A stretch of 51,009 nucleotides of DNA from an uncultured Deferribacteres bacterium (GTDB taxonomy: Bacteria > Zhuqueibacterota > JdFR-76 > DREG01): contig CAYXGW010000029.1 of the NCBI GenBank assembly GCA_964464595.1, positions 1 through 51,009 of the forward strand, in the 5' to 3' direction. Under the pieces are notes generated by a model. That model searched no databases. It was not told where the DNA came from and saw only the letters and a program-made list of their open reading frames with translations. Of the stretch, positions 47,622-51,009 are shown in pieces; position 1 is the stretch's first letter, and every line of letters begins with the position of its first letter. The translations under genes were made by a program, and so were the position numbers.

Positions 47622-49718
47622 ATGTTAAAATCATCCTTAATTTATAGATTGGTTTGTACTTTGATCTTCAGTACAAGTTGTGTTTTTGCCCAGCAGGCGA
47701 TGCTGGAAAAGCAACCGGTACTTTTTGCGGAACCATTGAGTCCACGAATTGCCAATTATGATATTGATGTCAAGCTGGACACGGACACCCGCATTCTTAC
47801 GGGAAAACAAACCCTGGTTTGGCACAATACATCAAATGAACGGATTGATGAGCTGCAATTTCACCTGTATCTTAATGCATTCCGCAATAATCAATCTACT
47901 TTTATGCGGGAATCCGGCGGCACGCATCGTGGTAACGCGATAGATGATGATGGCTGGGGTTTTATGGAAGTGGAAAAAATCTCAATTGCTGATGGAGAAG
48001 ATTTGACTTCAGTCTTGGAATTCGTTCATCCGGATGATAATTATTTAGATGACAAAACTGCTGCAAGGGTACCGCTTTCGAAGTCAATTCCACCGGGAGG
48101 ATCGATTGTCGTAAATATTGATTTTAAAGCCAAATTACCCAGCCCTCCGTTTGCCCGTACAGGGGCAAAGGATGAGTATTTTTTTGTTGGACAATGGTTC
48201 CCCAAAATAGCGGTTTATACCGAGGATGGCTGGAATAATCATCAATTTCATGCCAATTCAGAATTTTTTGCTGATTACGGTGTTTATAATGTCAAAATTA
48301 CTGTACCTGAAGAGAATGTGGTAGGTGCGACAGGTCTTGAAGTAGAACTGACCAATAACGGCGATGGCACATCGACTCACTATTTCCATGCCGAGGATGT
48401 GCATGATTTTGCCTGGACTACAAGCCCGGAATTTGTTGAATTTACCGGTAAAGCACAAGATGTTGACATTCGTGTTCTTATGCAGCCGAATCATGCTTAC
48501 CAGGGTGAACGACATTTAGCTGCTTCGATTGCATCTGTTGAATATTTTCAAAATTGGTATGGTGATTATCCATTCCCGAATTTAACGGTAGTTGATCCCA
48601 GGCGTGGAGCTGGTGGCTCCGGCGGCATGGAATATCCAACTTTAATAACTGCCGGGACACAATATGGTTTGCCTGAAGGGTTAAGATTTGTTGAGATGGT
48701 TATAGTGCATGAGTTTGGTCATAATTTTTGGTATCATCTTCTCGCTTCAAATGAGTTTGAAGAAAGTTGGATGGATGAAGGGATCAACACCTACACAGAA
48801 ATTCAAATTATGGATGCGGAATATACCAAGAATGGAGGTGGGGCAGCGATTGATTTTTTAGGCATTAAGATCAATGATGTCCAGATGCAGCGTGGTCAAT
48901 ATATTTTTGGTAAGGACCTGGATCCGGTAGTAAAAAAGGCATGGGAATTTTATAATAACACCAGTTATGGGGTCAATTCGTACGCAAAACCTGGCGTCAT
49001 TTTAACAACTCTGCAGAATTATATCGGTACAGAAAAAATGAAAGAAGTGATGCAGGCCTATGTCCATCGCTGGCGTTTCAAACATCCGAAATCACAGGAT
49101 TTCTTTGATGTGGTTAATGACGTTACCGGACAAGATTTCACCTGGTTTTTTGACCAGGCATTTTATTCAAGAAAACAAATTGATTATACCGTAGCAAACG
49201 TTTTTTCACAGGAGATTCGAGACAAAACAGGATTTGATTTTTCTGTTTCGACTGATGAAATGGATACTGATTTAGCAATTAGTATTTCCGATTCAACTTC
49301 AGAATTTACCCTGGAAGAAACCGAACCTATGGAGGGTGACTCTGTTGAATCCATCGAAGAAGAGGCCAGCCCCAAAATGTTTCACAACGAAGTAAGAGTT
49401 CGGCGTTTGGGCGACTTTGTTTTTCCGGTTGAAGTCCAAATCGTGTTCGATAACGGTGATACTTTAGTTGAAAATTGGGATGGTAAGGACTTATGGAAAA
49501 AATATAAATATACAAGACCAAACAAGGTGGTTTCGGCAACAGTCGACCCGGGACAAAAAATTATTCTCGATGTGAATTATACCAACAACAGTCGGTTGGT
49601 TGATAGCCGTTCGATTGGGATTAATAAACTGTCAATCCGTTGGATGTTCTGGATGCAATTCTTGATCGACCAACCGGATTTTATGAACTTGTTGTCGGCA
49701 TTTAATGAGGTATTTTAA
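47622..49718 (+). CDS. M1-family zinc metallopeptidase (aminopeptidase N-like), secreted
   Basis: 'VIVHEFGHNFWYHLL...ESWMDEGINTY' is the HExxH-x18-E gluzincin motif. Signal peptide. Confidence 0.85.
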   Translation: MLKSSLIYRLVCTLIFSTSCVFAQQAMLEKQPVLFAEPLSPRIANYDIDVKLDTDTRILTGKQTLVWHNTSNERIDELQFHLYLNAFRNNQSTFMRESGGTHRGNAIDDDGWGFMEVEKISIADGEDLTSVLEFVHPDDNYLDDKTAARVPLSKSIPPGGSIVVNIDFKAKLPSPPFARTGAKDEYFFVGQWFPKIAVYTEDGWNNHQFHANSEFFADYGVYNVKITVPEENVVGATGLEVELTNNGDGTSTHYFHAEDVHDFAWTTSPEFVEFTGKAQDVDIRVLMQPNHAYQGERHLAASIASVEYFQNWYGDYPFPNLTVVDPRRGAGGSGGMEYPTLITAGTQYGLPEGLRFVEMVIVHEFGHNFWYHLLASNEFEESWMDEGINTYTEIQIMDAEYTKNGGGAAIDFLGIKINDVQMQRGQYIFGKDLDPVVKKAWEFYNNTSYGVNSYAKPGVILTTLQNYIGTEKMKEVMQAYVHRWRFKHPKSQDFFDVVNDVTGQDFTWFFDQAFYSRKQIDYTVANVFSQEIRDKTGFDFSVSTDEMDTDLAISISDSTSEFTLEETEPMEGDSVESIEEEASPKMFHNEVRVRRLGDFVFPVEVQIVFDNGDTLVENWDGKDLWKKYKYTRPNKVVSATVDPGQKIILDVNYTNNSRLVDSRSIGINKLSIRWMFWMQFLIDQPDFMNLLSAFNEVF

Positions 49719-49785
49719 TCAGTTCAATTTAATGGAACCTGTAGACGAGAGCTCCTAACAGTTAATTTAAAGTAGAGGAAGAAAA

Positions 49786-50703
49786 ATGGTAGGAACAGCT
49801 TTGAAAACTGGCTTTTCAAACATGTGGATAAACAAACGCATGTTGATCGTTTTTTATGTAAGCAATTTATTTTTTGGCATGATTTTGATGCTGCCGTTTC
49901 GTGGAGTACTTTCCGATTATATCGGCAACAGCAAAATGGGTGAGATCCTGGCAGGCCGATTGGACATGGATTTCGTATTGGAATTCATCCAGAATATTGA
50001 TTCTGTGATGGGTCTATTTGGGTCGTTAGTTCCTTTGGTGCCGATCCTTTTTTGGTTATTCCTGATATTCCTTTCCGGCGGCGCATTTGCAGTTTTTGCC
50101 AGTGGAGATAAATATACACCTGTTGCTTTCTGGGGCGGTTGTGCGCAATATTTCGGACGGTTTATTCGGTTGGTTTTATGGAGTTTGCTGTTCGGTGTGT
50201 TATTCTTCCTTTTGCAATTATTGGTTTCTATAGTTGGAAAATTATTTGGCGACGATCCTTACCAGAACGTAACCTATTGGTTAGGATGGGTAACGGTTGG
50301 CGTCCGTTACATCAGTATTATTTTATTTGGAATATTGTTGGATTATGCCAGAATTCATGCAGTCACAACAGGAGATCGCAGAATGCGAGTCTCGGTTTGG
50401 TATGCTTTCAAGTTCATGTTCAGGAATTTTATTAAAACCTTCAGTCTTGCTTTTTTCTTGTTTGCTATTGGCGCTATCGTTTTGGTGATTTATAATCTTA
50501 TATCCGGCAGTTTATCGGCTCCGAGTGCTTTTGTCATTCTTTTGTTATTCGTTTTTCAACAGATTTATATGATCTTTAGAATGATGATGAGGTTGACTTT
50601 TTATTCGAGTCAGACGAATTTATTTCAGAGCTTAAGTGATGAGAACGTTACGGTGACTGAGTCTTCGGAAGGTGAGGTTGGTATGGAGGGTGCACCGGCG
50701 TAG
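49786..50703 (+). CDS. Polytopic integral membrane protein, function unknown
   Basis: At least six hydrophobic helices. No recognisable motif. Confidence 0.5.
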   Translation: MVGTALKTGFSNMWINKRMLIVFYVSNLFFGMILMLPFRGVLSDYIGNSKMGEILAGRLDMDFVLEFIQNIDSVMGLFGSLVPLVPILFWLFLIFLSGGAFAVFASGDKYTPVAFWGGCAQYFGRFIRLVLWSLLFGVLFFLLQLLVSIVGKLFGDDPYQNVTYWLGWVTVGVRYISIILFGILLDYARIHAVTTGDRRMRVSVWYAFKFMFRNFIKTFSLAFFLFAIGAIVLVIYNLISGSLSAPSAFVILLLFVFQQIYMIFRMMMRLTFYSSQTNLFQSLSDENVTVTESSEGEVGMEGAPA

Positions 50704-51009
50704 ATGGTTTTTCTGATTCGTAAAACTATGGTTATATATGGGATAAGTTTTTTATAGGAATAATAAAAGCTATAGACTCAAGCATAAAAAAATGTTATTC
50801 GGAGGAATCTATTTTGCCTGGCTAAAGTGCCGCTATTAATTTAGATTCTTCGTATTATTTATTTAATAAGGCCACTCTTAGAAAGTCATCCCTTTTTTAT
50901 TTGTTCATAATCCAATTCCAGCTAAATATCCTATATAAAAAAATCCCCTCGGATGAGGCTGTTGCAGAATAGGCAAAAAGCCTGGAATTGTCATCCTGAA
51001 TGGAGCGAA

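Overview
This is a 51 kb window of low-GC bacterial chromosome, coding almost entirely on the plus strand. Two proteins end in T9SS (Por) C-terminal sorting domains and a complete Bat aerotolerance operon is present. I read that as an FCB-group organism (Bacteroidota/Ignavibacteriota-like), but taxonomy is inference only.

Gene content, left to right:
- **1-1.8 kb:** a 5'-truncated secreted T9SS cargo protein.
- **2-12.7 kb:** a contiguous heat-shock supercluster, hsp20 | grpE-dnaJ(class B)-htrA | GWxTD protein | FmdB zinc ribbon | hsp20-dnaK | clpB. Both hsp20 genes carry near-perfect sigma54 (-24/-12) promoter matches.
- **12.7-23.8 kb:** a TPR lipoprotein, then a full MoxR-DUF58-lipoprotein-BatD-like-batABCDE operon.
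- **23.8-33.6 kb:** ferritin; a membrane protein; a receiver protein with a C-terminal TM tail; an NSS transporter with a MetS-like mini-subunit; holA; an ECF sigma / zinc anti-sigma / HtrA-like protein with a degenerate catalytic triad; a tandem-GAF membrane protein; a Zn-ribbon peptide coupled to rdgB; tRNA-Pro(UGG); and one small unassigned ORF.
- **33.6-41.1 kb (most notable):** a bacterial microcompartment (BMC) locus of the sugar-phosphate-utilising type. It comprises a DeoR/SorC regulator with palindromic operators, an RpiB-DeoC (DERA) fusion enzyme with a Cys-rich internal linker and an encapsulation-peptide-like helix, a permuted BMC-T, a BMC-H, three BMC-P, an acylating aldehyde dehydrogenase with an N-terminal encapsulation peptide, a second BMC-T, and a class II aldolase. 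No PduL or alcohol dehydrogenase is seen.
- **41.5-50.7 kb:** a macro-domain protein, ogt, an antitoxin plus a ParE-like toxin without a canonical start codon, a cold-shock protein, fpg, an FG-GAP protein, a secreted cytochrome-c-fused PHM/DBH-like copper monooxygenase carrying a T9SS tail, an M1 aminopeptidase and a polytopic membrane protein.

No CRISPR arrays, rRNA or obvious transposases were seen.
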